Assembly (NCBI GenBank): GCA_964276515.1
Contig: OZ193909.1
Span: forward strand, 5,704,001-5,768,000
Reading direction: 5' to 3'
DNA length: 64,000 nt
Source of the DNA: Gordius albopunctatus
Lineage: Eukaryota
Shown here: positions 39,534 through 52,860 of the stretch, piece after piece
How the letters are laid out: each line of letters starts with the position of its first letter
How positions within the stretch are numbered: position 1 is the stretch's first letter
The notes under the pieces: model-generated
Databases searched by the model: none
The model's input: only the letters and a program-made list of their open reading frames with translations
Told to the model about the DNA's origin: nothing
Position numbers and translations under genes: made by a program

Positions 39534-41205
39534 TAAACTTTTTTTAAATTTAATAAACTAATATTATATTTAAATTTTTTCCCCCGTCAAGAATACTTTA
39601 TTATAATAATTATAATTATTTTTTAACTACCTCTAATGCTCCTGTTAATAAATCTCTTAAAACTAATATTATGTTTTATACTTGGCTGAGCGAGATTTTA
39701 TAGTTAGAAATATGATAATGTAAAAAATATAATTGTATTTGTGATTGTAACTAATAAACAAATTTTTATTCTCGTGTCGAATGCATATTTTTATATTGAT
39801 TTGATCCTAGGCTGTTGAATGCCAGTTGATTGAATGGAAATGATTATCAATTTATCACTTTTGTTAATATTTTGCTGATAAGCAATCAATTTGTGCCTCA
39901 AATTTTGTTACATAAAAGTAATCAACTCAAATATTTGCAAAAGGCAAATCTTGAAAACTCCTTTAAAATTTACTTGTATCACTTGATTATATGGAGCCAA
40001 ATGAGCCAGAGTTGAGCAATACCACCTCAAAGGTCAACATTTCTATAAAAGGTTAACATAAAATTATAAAAATACTAATCGTCTTTTAATTATTATTACT
40101 TAGTTTTCTTTTATAGGACTTCAAATTCGGTAGAATTCTCAAACACGACTTAGTAAGTAAAGAAAATAATTTTTGTAGCAGTTTTTACTAGTTATTTAAT
40201 TGAGCTTATTTTCAAGTATTAGCTGCCATGCCATAGCCATATTTCCTCATGATTCCCGCCCGCCCGCATCAAGCTTGAAGAAAATACATATGGAAAGTAG
40301 ATCGAACAAGAGGAAGAGAGGAAAAGGGAGAAGAGGGATTATAGGAAAGGTGGAGATAAGATTGAGCACAAAATCTGCCATAATAAAATTCTAGTATTGC
40401 TCCTCCGCTATTTTTATATCCTGAAACAGCTAGCGAAACAAAGATTCTAGCCTTATATATTTCGCCAATTTTCGTATTTTATCTCCGGCACAATGCCTAA
40501 AAAAGTCGTAAATTTTTAAACGTCTGCACGGGAGTTAGACTTTTTGGTATTTTCCCACAATTCCTAAACAAAAAAACGCCTTATCGCATTGGATCGTAAA
40601 GTAGCCTTGCACTTTTACATATTACTACGACGTAGAAATGAGATTTGTAAAGTTATGGATGGATAATGAATGGTGCATTAATTGAAGAGAGTCATTGTTA
40701 ATTTAATTATCGCCCCATTGTCGGGGTTGATTATGACAATACTAATATAATTAGGGAAGACTGGCGACCTCACCCATCTGCAATACAATACTTCGCGGTT
40801 TCTAAACTAATATCATTATACTAGAACAAATTACTATGCTGTGATTCTTAAATAAATTTAAACTATCGCTTAAATTATGATTCAAACCAACCACGGAACC
40901 CCCCAATCCTTATATACCCGCACTAAATTTAGACTATGTAAATTAGGATCAATTTACTATAGTCCTCATTCAAATTAAAACACCGTCCGATCGCATTGAA
41001 TTTTCGCATACGTTTGAACTTAATTTTCAATCTATCGCATTCTTGAAGGAATATCCTATCAATCGTCGTTTTATTATTTGATCCAAAATTTATCAAAAAG
41101 CTCAAAGTTAAACCCAAATGATTCTATTTTATTTTTAACTAACCATTACTTTATTGTTAAACATTGATATAAAAACAAAAAGCGATTCAAAGATCAGGAT
41201 TGACG

Positions 41206-44200
41206 ATGAAAATCAATAACTTTTGGTTTTATTCAATATTCGCTTGCCTGATTTATATTACAACCTTATGCCCCCACAATTATTGTGAGTCCGTTCAGAA
41301 CGAAACTTCCAAAGTGCCCCAAAACGAATTGCCTCAACAAATGCCGCCTCCACGTCACTTATTAGGTGATGGAAGACGAGACCGGAGGGAACGACAAAGG
41401 CGGAGACGCCTCAGGGTGAGGAACAAACGGCCCGACCCCTCGACTTATGCCCGCTTGGATGAACTAATAGGTGGAGGCAGGCAACAGCCCCGCCCATCTA
41501 TGGAATCAGCTGATTTCATCTCCTTCACCTCCCAAGACTCTCCTCAGTTGCTTATGGCCGCCCCGCCCCTTGTCAGACCTCCGATGATTAATCAGCACGC
41601 GGGCCCGACTTGCGTGGATATCCCGCACAATTTAACACTGTGTCGGGGAATCGGGTAACTTTTTATTTAATATATTATCATTCCGAAATAATATACACTT
41701 TTTGGCAAGCCTTTTAAAAATAATAATCTATGGATATACTACTCTTCAATGTTGTCAGCTGCGTTACAATAAGGCTAAATGAAGGAATGTTAGTTAAATG
41801 CCCTTTGTGGGTTTATAAAAAAGTGCTCTTAATATTGGTAAGCCTTAATTACGCAAATAATAAAATTACTAATTTAAATTTAACATTAATTTTACATTTT
41901 TGCAAACTAATATTGCCACAAATTTCTATCATTAATTTTGACCTTAGATTAGTAGCCCGCTCACTATACACCGACATAAACAGCTAAGGAAATTTCTATT
42001 TTTTAATCAAAACTTTTGGCTAAATTATATGTCGAATCTAAAGTCACATAAAGGCAAGCAAAATGCTAGGCACCTAATGAACATATTCAAATTTTAAAAT
42101 TTATTTTATATGCAAAACATGATTCTAAAAATGTACCAATTACTGTAATTATTGTAGATTGCATTCATATATCGAAAAAGAAATAATTCAATGAATTTTA
42201 AAGTAAAACAATAAATAAAATTTTCTGAGTTTAAATTCAGCACACGCTAGATAGTATTTTTTTATTTATTATAAAACCTTATTTTAACTCAGGCGCTAAT
42301 TTGGATTGACTCTTTTGTGATCAATTTAATTTATAATAGGCAAAACTAAAAAATGCTTTATGGATTCTCATGATGGGCAGGGCATATCCAGTATTGGAAT
42401 TAAAAGGGGGGAGGGACATTAATGATCTAGGGAGTAATAAATTCTAACAAACTTCTGGATTTAGAGCGGGCAGCCGTCCCTCCTTGTCCCCTCCATTCTC
42501 CCCTTGGCTACGCCCGTGTTGATTCTTTAACGCTTCATTCCTCTCTATCGCTCCTTGACCATCTTATCATTTTTTCGTGCATTTTCACAATCAGGTACGG
42601 TAAGATGCGTCTGCCTAACTTGCTGGAGCACGACACCTTAGTCGAGGTAGTGACTCAAGCCAGATCTTGGGTCCCCTTACTAAGCGTGGGCTGTCATCCC
42701 GATGCCAGATTATTCCTTTGCTCCCTCTACTCTCCCGTCTGCCTCGACCGTCCGATATACCCATGTCGATCGCTTTGCTTAGCCGTGCGGGCTGGTTGCG
42801 AATTTCGCATGAGACAATACGGATTCCCCTGGCCCCAAATCTTGGAATGCACGAGATTCCCACCAGATAACGACCTTTGCATCGCTTCTCAAACCCTTAA
42901 ACCCACCCCTACAACCCCAGTTGAAACACTTCCAACCACGTTATCACCGGGCATAGGCCACCGAGGTAATTCTCATAAATTTTTTACAATTATTTAATAT
43001 TTTTTAATCTAAGCCTTTTACAAAAATCCGGAAGGGTAGGTGCTTTACCAATAGATGGGTGATAACAAACGTTAAAAACCTCGTATTTTTATTTTATCGT
43101 ATAGCAATTAATAAATTTTTGTAAAATAACGTCCTTAATTGATTATATCATGATTTCCGTAAAATCTCTTAGAAACTACGTCACCACAACATTTATGTCC
43201 ATACCATCAGGTCATTAATATTTGTGTTTGTGTCATCGACTTTCGTCAATCATTGACCTTGCAACGTTGCCGTTCCTTTTTTAAAGACCTACTAATCGTT
43301 TATAGTAATTAGTAGCAAAGCAATATCTCGTATAAACAATAGTTTTAATTTACCCTTTGAGCCAGTGTATTATACTAAGGAAGGGCTTTGATAAATACCG
43401 CAAAGCTCACCGTTTTCTTTGTGAAAGATGCGCTCTTTTGATGTTGCCTGCCTGCACTTGAACTCGATAACTTCAATTGGTTGTTGCCCGCTTTCATATC
43501 ATACATTTCACAATAGAATGGCTTAATAACACGCAGTCGCAGACATTCGGTTAATATTTAAAAAAAAACAGTATTTCATTGCACTTTGCTGGTCGCACAA
43601 ATGAAATTCCGGACTTTTATAAAAGCTCTAGTCAATTAACACATTTATTTTCTGAAAAATTTTAGGTGTAAAATCCCTAAAAGTTTTAAAAATTATATAG
43701 ATAAAATAGGTTCATAAATAATACTCAAATAATAATTTGTAAATTATTCTGTATCAAAATATGTTTAAATTTTTTAATCAAATTTTTTCCCTAACTAAAT
43801 GGGAAAAAATCAGACAACTGCATTTATTAATTAAGTAGACTTACATTTTTTATTAAGTTGCCTCGTTTTAAACTTGAGAATGATATTTATCGAGTTTAAT
43901 GGCGATTTTTGCGGTTTGTAACTCGAAATTTACAATTACAATATTACCACCGTGTCATCCATCAGTGTAGAAACAATTAAAGTCGAGGACACTTTAGGAG
44001 GGGAAAGTTCTATTGTTTAACAGATTAATCGAAGATGTTGACTGTCGCCCAACTCATAAATCGTCCCCTACTTTTAATTGTTATTGAAATTAATTAATTT
44101 AACCTGTATTTTGTCGACTAGTATTGAATGACCTAATTGACAATGACACCTCCCCCTCCATGCTATCTGGTTTTCTATCTGGTGCCAGGAGGAGTATACC

Positions 44201-45242
44201 TTCATGGCAGCTATTGTAAAAAATGAGTTGTTAGATTTCTATATGGTTGGTTGTGGTGGGGAATAATTAAGAATACATAAATTTTTTAAAAATTCTATTA
44301 AAAATATACTAGTTTTTAAATAAGCATCAAAAAGCACAAATTTTTGGCAAAATTATAAATGTCAATATTGCATCCAAATTCGTATTCAATTTTAGAGACG
44401 TTATGCAAACCATGTACCCAACCAGTAACTTACGAATCGATATTGGACAATTACTGTCGGGCTGATATAAGTAATTTAAATGCATATTATTTAGATGTTA
44501 TTAATCAAATAAAAATAACTTTATTACAAAACAGTCCTAAAATGTGACAACCTTCTAAATCTAATGCTATGATCTACTTAGTAGTTATACATAACTAAGT
44601 AGATGGCATAAAATAAAGGGCTACTATTACTATATTTTTGCAGTTCTAAAGATAAAAACGCAAGACCCGACTCTGAATTTCCTCCGACCTAACGTTACTA
44701 AGCCCTCGACCAACACATTATATCACCAATCATACTCTACGGCAACTGACCACAACGCACGTCACCACACAAACTCTCGATCGCAACAGCTGATAGATCG
44801 ATCCTTGATGCTCCTCAAAGATTTTAAAGTCAAACGCATCTTCAAACGCGGTACCTTTTTGAAGCAAGAGTTTTTGGATGCGAAAATGGTTTATGCCCAT
44901 TTGAACCTTCGTCAAACAGCGAACACTTACACCTGTTCGTGTAACACACTCAAACGAAGGTCTCATAACGCGAGGGTAGCTTCGAGACATAGGCGCAAAA
45001 AGGGTAGATCAACTGACGATCTTGACAGGTATTACTTAGTGATGGGTCGTCAAATGGCTGACAAAATGATCATAACATTCGCAACGGCTTGGAACAAGCG
45101 CGAGCCTACGTTTAGGAAGGCGATCAACAAACTTAAGAATTTTGATTGCGTCACTCAAACCATGAGCAAACGTGAATTGAGCGAATCAATTTACTCATCC
45201 ACCCGGTGGCATAACGCCTTACTAATCCAACCAGCATCATAA
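41206..45242 (+). CDS. sfrp: Secreted frizzled-related protein (sFRP1/2/5 type): signal peptide + frizzled CRD + NTR domain, ~497 aa
   Basis: Exons 41206-41654, 42595-42965, 44396-44470, 44644-45242 in frame (1494 nt). Hydrophobic N-terminus, CRD with 10 Cys (CVDIPHNLTLCRGIGYGKMRLPNLLEHDT...FLCSLYSPVCLDRPIYPCRSLC...GFPWP...DNDLCI), NTR with 6 Cys (CKPC, YCRAD, TCSC, YLVMG, FDC). No transmembrane helices follow the CRD. Confidence 0.93.
42369..42518. mobile_element. Short MITE, CATGGGCGTAGCC family (sFRP intron 1)
   Basis: TSD TGGATTCT/TTGATTCT (7/8), family core present. Confidence 0.75.
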
Positions 45243-46688
45243 CTGCGAAGTCACAAAAGTATAGGTGAATGAATGAATACTTCAACAAGCTATATAATAC
45301 ATCTCTCTAGTGGATGTCTAAGCGCAGCACCCGACCCATTATGTATACTCTTATTTATAAAACTCCGTCCTTATACGCACGTTAAAGATGAAATCTTATA
45401 GGCAATTTAATTTATGCATGTACAATAACGTTTTACATACCTTCTTTATAAAGTGAAAATTACAAAAAATGGATTTGTTATTGCTATTTAAATAAGTTTT
45501 AAAGGGTTAGTAACTACGTAATTTTAAGACATTTAAATGGATTTTAATATTTGTAATTAAAAAAATAATAATCATAATAGCAATAATTTACAATAATACA
45601 ATGTTTTACCTATAATTATTCAACTATTAATCTCATTAAGTGTAATAGATTTAACACTTAAAAATAATTACTATTTTTATAATCTACATAGCTGATGTGA
45701 GCAAGTATATAATTATTTAGGGGTATAAAATATTTATAGTTGTTCATCCTTAAGATTTAATATTTATTGACTGAACATTTATATATCATTCTATATCATT
45801 TAAATAGTTATTTTCATCAAAGTAATTATTAAAAAAAATACATTATGGTATATTGTCGACTTATAAATAATAATGTGGAATCATAATAATCTTTTGAATA
45901 TTGAAAAAAAGATCAAGTAGCGTATTCATCATTTTATATTAATTAAACCAGCCAATTATGTGATTTTTGTAATTATTGATTAAATAATTTTATTTTTTTA
46001 CTATAAATACAAAACAAAATTATTTAAGATTTTTATAGTTCTCATAAACTTAGAAGTTTAGATAATTGTGCCTGAATTTTTGAGTTCAGTGTGTTTAACG
46101 TTTGAACTTTTTAAAACGCGTTCTAACTTGTCTCAACTATCGAAAAAAGTATGAATAAAAAGAGCTTTGTAAGAATTTTACATTAAGATAATATATGATG
46201 ATATGTTATAGTTCGTGCACAAATTAATACTTAGAAGCTAGCCACATTATAAAAATGGGCTTTCATTGCTAATAATTTTGCATCCAAATAATATTCCTAA
46301 CCCATATCACTAGGTTTTAATAAACCTATTGTTTAAAATCTAAATTTAAAAGTAATCTCTAAGTATTTGTTAGACGCCAGATCTTGTGTTCACAAACTTA
46401 GGTCACCCAACTCATCGACTTGGTAAAATCATCTGGCTATAACTATTAATTTTCAAAGCTATAAATTCAAAACAATTTTTAAAAATATGTATTGCTACAA
46501 GTAAAATCTTTAATACGGGCATTTCGCGGAATGAAAAGTTTCTGTTTTAAGTATTAAAGGTCATTTGTACAACATATTTTAAATTAAATTGACACCTAGG
46601 GAATTAGATGCTTGAAATTTCAAATTTTATTGATTTTAGCTGGACATATAACTTTTAATCAATCAAACATCCTCAATATTTGTTTTAA

Positions 46689-47772
46689 CCCTCGAGCGTA
46701 TACTTATGGGGTGTGAGAAACCCCACAAAAGCTTAAATTTAATATCAATTGTGTTAAGAACGGGGAAATAATGTCAAAAACACGTTACAATAAGATATGA
46801 CAATAGTCAGAATGATAATCGTATATACAAAAACGACCATATACGCTAAAACCAATTAACGGTAATTTAATTGTCACTCGAGGCATTACCAGTAACATTT
46901 TACCATTCAGTAATTCACTTATCGCCGAGGCACTTCGCACTCAATTACCTCTCTACAAATTGAAAAGTTTTAGATTTAGAACTTTAGTTTTTTTTGGTAT
47001 TTTTATAATTTAGCAAAAGCTATATTCCCTGAAACTTTCATGTGTTTAGCCCTAATAATTTTGAACATATAAGCGTTTGGTGGGGTTCCATATACCCCAT
47101 AAGGTCAGTTGAAAAAGTTTTTTTTAATTTTTTCTTTAAAAAAGTAATTTAAGCAGGTATTTGAAATGATTATTGTTATTATGTTTTTTATTTTAATAGT
47201 TATTTAAACTTTTGTGAGGATATTTTTAGTAATTTTTGTAATAAGCTTTGATTGCTTCTTTCAGACTTATAATATAAGCAATATATTTCAAACAAGCCTA
47301 ACAAATATGGGCCAAAATTTATATGTGTATAACTTGGAACCGTATGCATCTTTCAACCAAAGGGTATGTTAGTAATGCCTAAAAAATGATACCTGAAAAT
47401 GACCCTTTTTTAATACTTCTATTTTTTGTATAATCATTTTATTGTAAATGCATGCTTTTTATATTTTTTAAACCTTCTTTTAATAAAAAACATTTGCTTT
47501 TGAAAATTTTTATTAGCTGTATGGTGTCCCTGGCAAAAATAAAACAGCATTTTAATTTTTATAAATATTCTTTGGGTTTAGAAAATTGCGTATAATTTTT
47601 AAATTAGTATTTATAATCAAATTATTTTTTCCAATAAACTATAAGAGGCTTTAATAAAGTTATTTAAATGGGAAGTGTTCCTATATTGGTGTTAAGGTTA
47701 TGATAATTTTTTTGGAGATTGATATACCCCATAAGTCTGCACAGGATTGAGATTTTCATAACTACTCTCGGG
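46689..47772. mobile_element. piggyBac-like non-autonomous DNA transposon (contains the solo LTR)
   Basis: TTAA|CCC...GGG|TTAA ends and subterminal inverted motif ACTTATGGGGT (~46702) / ACCCCATAAG (~47093, ~47726). TIRs are imperfect and there is no transposase. Confidence 0.6.
46752..46957. mobile_element. Solo LTR of a related Gypsy family
   Basis: TGTTAAG...TTACCTCTCTACA flanked by a perfect 5-bp TSD AATTG (46747-46751, 46958-46962). Shares the terminal TTACCTCTCTACA and internal ACCAATTAACG with the 26717/30646 LTRs. Confidence 0.85.
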
Positions 47773-48000
47773 TTAACTTATATTCATTAATGATGATTAT
47801 TCATTCGAGTTTCTAGAAAAGTCAGCAACCACTTCAGCTTCCTATGAAATTATATTACAATTAATTTTAAGAGTAAATGCCTTGAAAATTGAGTTGAATA
47901 CTAAAATATAAAATCTGACTTAATTTGCAATTATAGTTAAAATATATTTTTTTCCATTAAAAATAGTTTAAAAAGAACGATGACTTCGCAGATCATTAAC

Positions 48001-51000
48001 CCTCTTTTTCTTCTTTATCGGTTCCACATGTTGGTGTTTGATTTGTTTCTTCCTTTAATCGAGTAAGATCCTCGAAAGTTATTTTTTATTTATCAAAACT
48101 TTTCCCACTTGTCCTCTTCACATTTTACATGGCACTACTATGTCCGATGCTATTTACATCATTTGCATCCCTTCTTTGTATGTCATCATACCACTAGTCA
48201 AATTTTTGTTTTTCAAATCCGCCATAGGTTAAATACCCTTTCATGCCTTGAAACAGTCATTCGTCAAGCTTAGTACACCCCAAGCTCAACATATCATTCT
48301 CATCTCTGACTTGTAATAACTTTTCTTACGCAGCAATGCCCATGTTTCACTCCCATAGAGTAACAGCGCTCTTGTTAGTTTTACTCCACAACCATATTGA
48401 CATTTTCCTGTCACTGCTTCAATTGGTCATCCAGTGATGGGGTGCTTGTAACGTTCATCTCCGTGTAAAGCATTTTGCAATTGTTGACTTTAAAACACAT
48501 CCAGCTAACTGTTTTGACTTATTTGGCTTCTTCGAATACTTTCTCCATTGTTCTTTCACACAGTACTATATAATAAGCATACACCGATCTGGTTTTTGAA
48601 TGATAGTTACGTGCTCATAATTATATGATACAAAAATCTGGAGTAGATCATAATTTGAGGCTTCATAAAAATTTTCACAAGCCGCACATATTCACCAGGG
48701 ATAAGTTCTGCTGAATCATCCCATATCAAATCGCGAGGCATCGTATTACAAGCATTCATCAAGTTGATAAAAACAAATGAGAGTTTTTCTTTTTTCCTCA
48801 TATTTACCTATGAACTTGATAATTGTCGATTTTACGTCCACAAATTCGAATAGGCTAGCCGATATGTCAGTCTTGTTACTAAGATTTTTTACATAAGTTT
48901 CAAGGAATATCAAGTTAACTTAATAACTGTTGTGGTTTGGTATCTATCTCCCCTTCTTCCCCTCGCTTTGTTAAACGCCGCGTAATGCCAGCTGCGCTGG
49001 CAAGTCAAGCGTGCATTAAGGAGATAGTTGTACCGAGAACAAACAACATAAGTTTTATCTCCCCTTTTTGTAATCGCGTTTGTGTATCGAAGAATTCTCG
49101 CTATATTATAATAATGCATTTTTGTGGACAATTTTTATCAGAAACCTTAACTTCGCGTGACTAAGGAATTTATGAATTATGTTATTCGGTTATAATAAAA
49201 AAAAGCAAGGATAAATAAATTAAAAAAATTAAACTTGTACATAAAGAAGATAAGAATAAAACTATTTGTTTCAATAAAATTTAATTTGTTAATAACTCTA
49301 TTTGCTACACATCTCAGTGTCTCCATTCACTTTAGAGTATAATTGTGCTTGCTCTGCATTCATTAGGAATTCCCTATTCTTTTAATATATTGTTAAAGAG
49401 ATTTGACATGGTCATGATTTCTTAGCATCCCACTCATGATTCCACTGAATTTTTTCTGGTGCATTCTTTCCTTTTTCTATCTTTTTCATTTGTGTCCGAA
49501 CTACATCTTCTTTAAATAGTTTGGCCATATTTATGTTTGGCTCAAATCGAGATGGAAATCGTTGCCACTTACAACATTCATAAGTTCCATGAAATATCCT
49601 TTGCACCATTTAATCACCCCCTTCTGCGCAAACAACGCATGTCGCCTTATTTTTGATTACTTTAAGGACTTCAATATTACGAATGTTCTTCTCCAATAGT
49701 GACCAATTTATTCATAAGCCTGTTGTTCCCTTAATGATCAATTTTTTTGCCATCTCAATGAAAGCAAAATTCTCCGCGATTGCAACCGTATTTTTCGAGA
49801 CTCTCTTCCACCGACTTACTGGATTTATGACACAGTCCATATCGGATTTTCTTTCTTTGGTAGATTCCTAACCCTTAGACCCCACACCCCAATTCCTTAG
49901 TCTAAGCTTTACTTATGGTCCATGACATAAATCGCCGTTTTCTTTATGTCCGCAGTAAGCGTCTCCCAATTAGTGTTGTGAAGGGCGCGCTAGCTGAGGG
50001 GGTATTGCAGTCTTAAGAAAAAGAGCCACACCCACACTGTTAGTCTCCTTTTCTAATGAAGACATTCAGTGTGGGTGTGCTGAATACCCACCACTAAATA
50101 GTCTATTATTTTTTCATAGAGACCCGATGGACCATTAGATATTGTAATATCCTAGATACGGAACGAGTTTACGGAGGGAAGGTAATAAATTTCGGAAAGA
50201 ACATAAAACCCATCAAGATGCGAGATACAAACTGGCAGAGTTACGCCGAAGGCTTGAGACATAAAAGGAACGTGCCCTTGGAAACTTTGATTAGAATAGT
50301 AGGGCAGAGACTTAAAAGGAACGTGCCCTTGAGAACAGAAAGGTAATAAATTAAGATCCCCAAAAAGTTTGGAACGAAAAGGAGCCAAAGAAGCCAGACC
50401 TTGAAAGGTAGGGTAATAAATTAAGTATTGGAACGAAGAAGGAGGTCGAAGGATGGGAAAAAGTTAACGACGCCAAGAAAATCAAACCTATATAAGCCCC
50501 ACGAAAATCGATACACAGCAGAACGTGTCTATCAGAACGTTTTTCCGCAGAATCGGAAAAGAACGTTGGGCTTTGAACGCTTCTCCCGAAAATCTAAATT
50601 TTCCCCCCTTTTCCCCGATATGTGTCGTCGCTACGCTATTTATATCGATATCTATTGTTATTATTTGGAGTGATTCGGAAACAATAAACTAGTATTTGGA
50701 GTATAACAGCTTTAGTGAATAAACTTACAAATGAAACAGTCCCCAGGCTACAAATAATAATAATTATCCCCAGAGCCAGTACGAATAATTAGACAACACA
50801 GAATCGAATATAAAGGACTTCTCATTTTTTGAGATAACAATACCCTCTTGTGCAGAGTATATACTAGATGTATGATAAGGGGGTGTTATTAGCTAGTTGT
50901 TATTGTCAGCATCATCAACACGATGTGTGCTGTTGTGTGTGCAGTGCAGTCAAATTTGTTAATCTAAGCTATTCTATCTATAAATTAAAGACTTTGCTAA

Positions 51001-52860
51001 GCTAATACGATAGACATGACAGGACATTCAACTTTTACTTTTATTAGAACAATTAATTATTGTATAATTTTTTTTTGGGTGGGGGGGGGGGTGTAAGGGG
51101 AAGGGAGGTTTACAATATCAAATAAATCTGAGCTTGGTGTTGTTATGCCCCTCCAAAAATAAATTTTTACACAAATTATAAAATATTTTTATCTTTCGAC
51201 TAATTTTTATACGTAACAAGTAAAAGCACAACAAACATTTTATTTCAAAAAAATTATCAATATCGGGAAATAAATGTTCAAACAAGTTTTTTTCCATAGC
51301 AATTTTCACAATCATATTCGGAAATTTTACAATGCATTTTGTCAAAAATTAAATTATAAAATTAAATGTATATATCATTGGCATAGGGAGGGGGTGGTTT
51401 TCGGGTTAGAACCCCTCCCATGATTTTCAATTTATATAATTTTTATATTGTATATCTAATAAAAATAAATATTTGTTTGAATTTTACTTTTAGTATTTTA
51501 TTATTTTTACGTCACTTTAAAATTGTAGAAAAAAAATAATTTTTATCCAAAAAAATAGTTACAAAAAAATTTAACCATCCCTCCTCCAAAAATTCCTAGT
51601 TACGCCTATGGTTATGTTTCTATTGTCTTAAAGTTTTTCATGCAACTAAATTATAATATTTTAACCCATTTAATTTAGTTATTAATCAAAAAACTTTTAA
51701 GAAATTCCCCCCCCCCCCCCATTTACGACACTGATTTATCCACAGTGTTGCTATTTTATGTTGAAAAGGTAAATAGTACAAAGTACCCCCTCCCCCTCAT
51801 GCCTCCTTATTTGTTTCATCAATGTGATGGTTAATGTAACTAATGTAATGCCACATGTGGTGGCGGTTCTATTTTCTACAATTTAGGACCATGGGGGAGG
51901 GGATTAGTAATATAAAAGGGGGACCTTACACTAGGCAAGCGCGTCTTACGATGCACCTTTATAAGAGTGTGGCTTCTTAGTCTCTTTTTCCCTATTAAGG
52001 CGCGTCTGTAAAATGGCGCGCTGCATAACACCACTACTCCCAATCGTCCCCGTTCCAATTTTCTGGCATCCAAAATTGTGGAGGCTTTCTGTATTTACCG
52101 TTTGCCGACGCTCCTTTGCCATTTCATATCTAATTTAATGTTCATAAACATTTGATATTTCTGATAGTTTTCTACTTTCAAGGTCCATAACAAGATGACG
52201 ATGTTATCTGGCAATTTCTTCTCCCAGTTATACTTTGCAATCTTAAAATCTCAATAATTTTTTTTGCCGTAGAACCAGATAAAAAATTTGACTAAAACGC
52301 TTTCTTATTTTATAAACCCCAATGTTACTGCTCTTTTGAATTTAAGTTTGCTTGGGATATTGGAGACGTTTCTACCTTTTATTCTTCAGGCCAGGCCCAT
52401 GTCGTTCATGAATTGCACCCGATACTATCTTAGAGCATATGTGCGTTAAGGTTGCCATATATTTAGCTCTTCTTTCTGCAGTACTTTTGGTATCTTCTTT
52501 TCCAATGAATCTAAGAAAATATCTTATACTATCATATAGAATTTGAGGGGCATATGCACACATAAGGGTTAGGAGGCCTCCATTATCTACAAACTCTACC
52601 CACATAAATCTGTCTGAACATCGTTTGACTTTACCACTTGTCCTCAAACGATTGGCTTGGTTGGCACGATACCAACCCCGTTAATGATTTGTATTCTTTT
52701 CTTAACATTAGTTCCATTCCACCTGGTATTTTGTAGAGAGACCATGAACACCTTTATGCTTTTTAAAATTTGTGTAACCTCGATGCTCTTTCCCATCAAC
52801 GTGCCATTGCAATATGTTATTCGCATTCTATAGACTACTAAATTATTAACCACCTCCAAA
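48001..52860 (-). mobile_element. Fragmented, decayed RTE-like LINE (endonuclease to 3' tail) interrupted by later insertions
   Basis: APE-like remnants at 52860-52150 (GTLMGKSIE..LQNTRW..NGVGI, RCSDRFM..CAYAPQ, DCKV), linker at ~49960-49400 (IKWCKGYFMELMNV), RT remnant at ~48800 (FVFINL..PRDLIW), LYGSETW and a (GAA)-type tail at ~48360-48001, all collinear. Confidence 0.7.
50143..50752 (+). mobile_element. Probable solo LTR of a second family
   Basis: TGTA...TACA ends, U3-like short repeats (AAAAGGAACGTGCCCTTG x2, GGTAATAAATT x3), TATATAA at ~50489 and AATAAA near the 3' end. No clean TSD. Confidence 0.5.

Noticed and set aside
41206..42997. Frizzled receptor or Smoothened
   Set aside because: The CRD is followed by an NTR domain and a stop, with no seven-transmembrane region.
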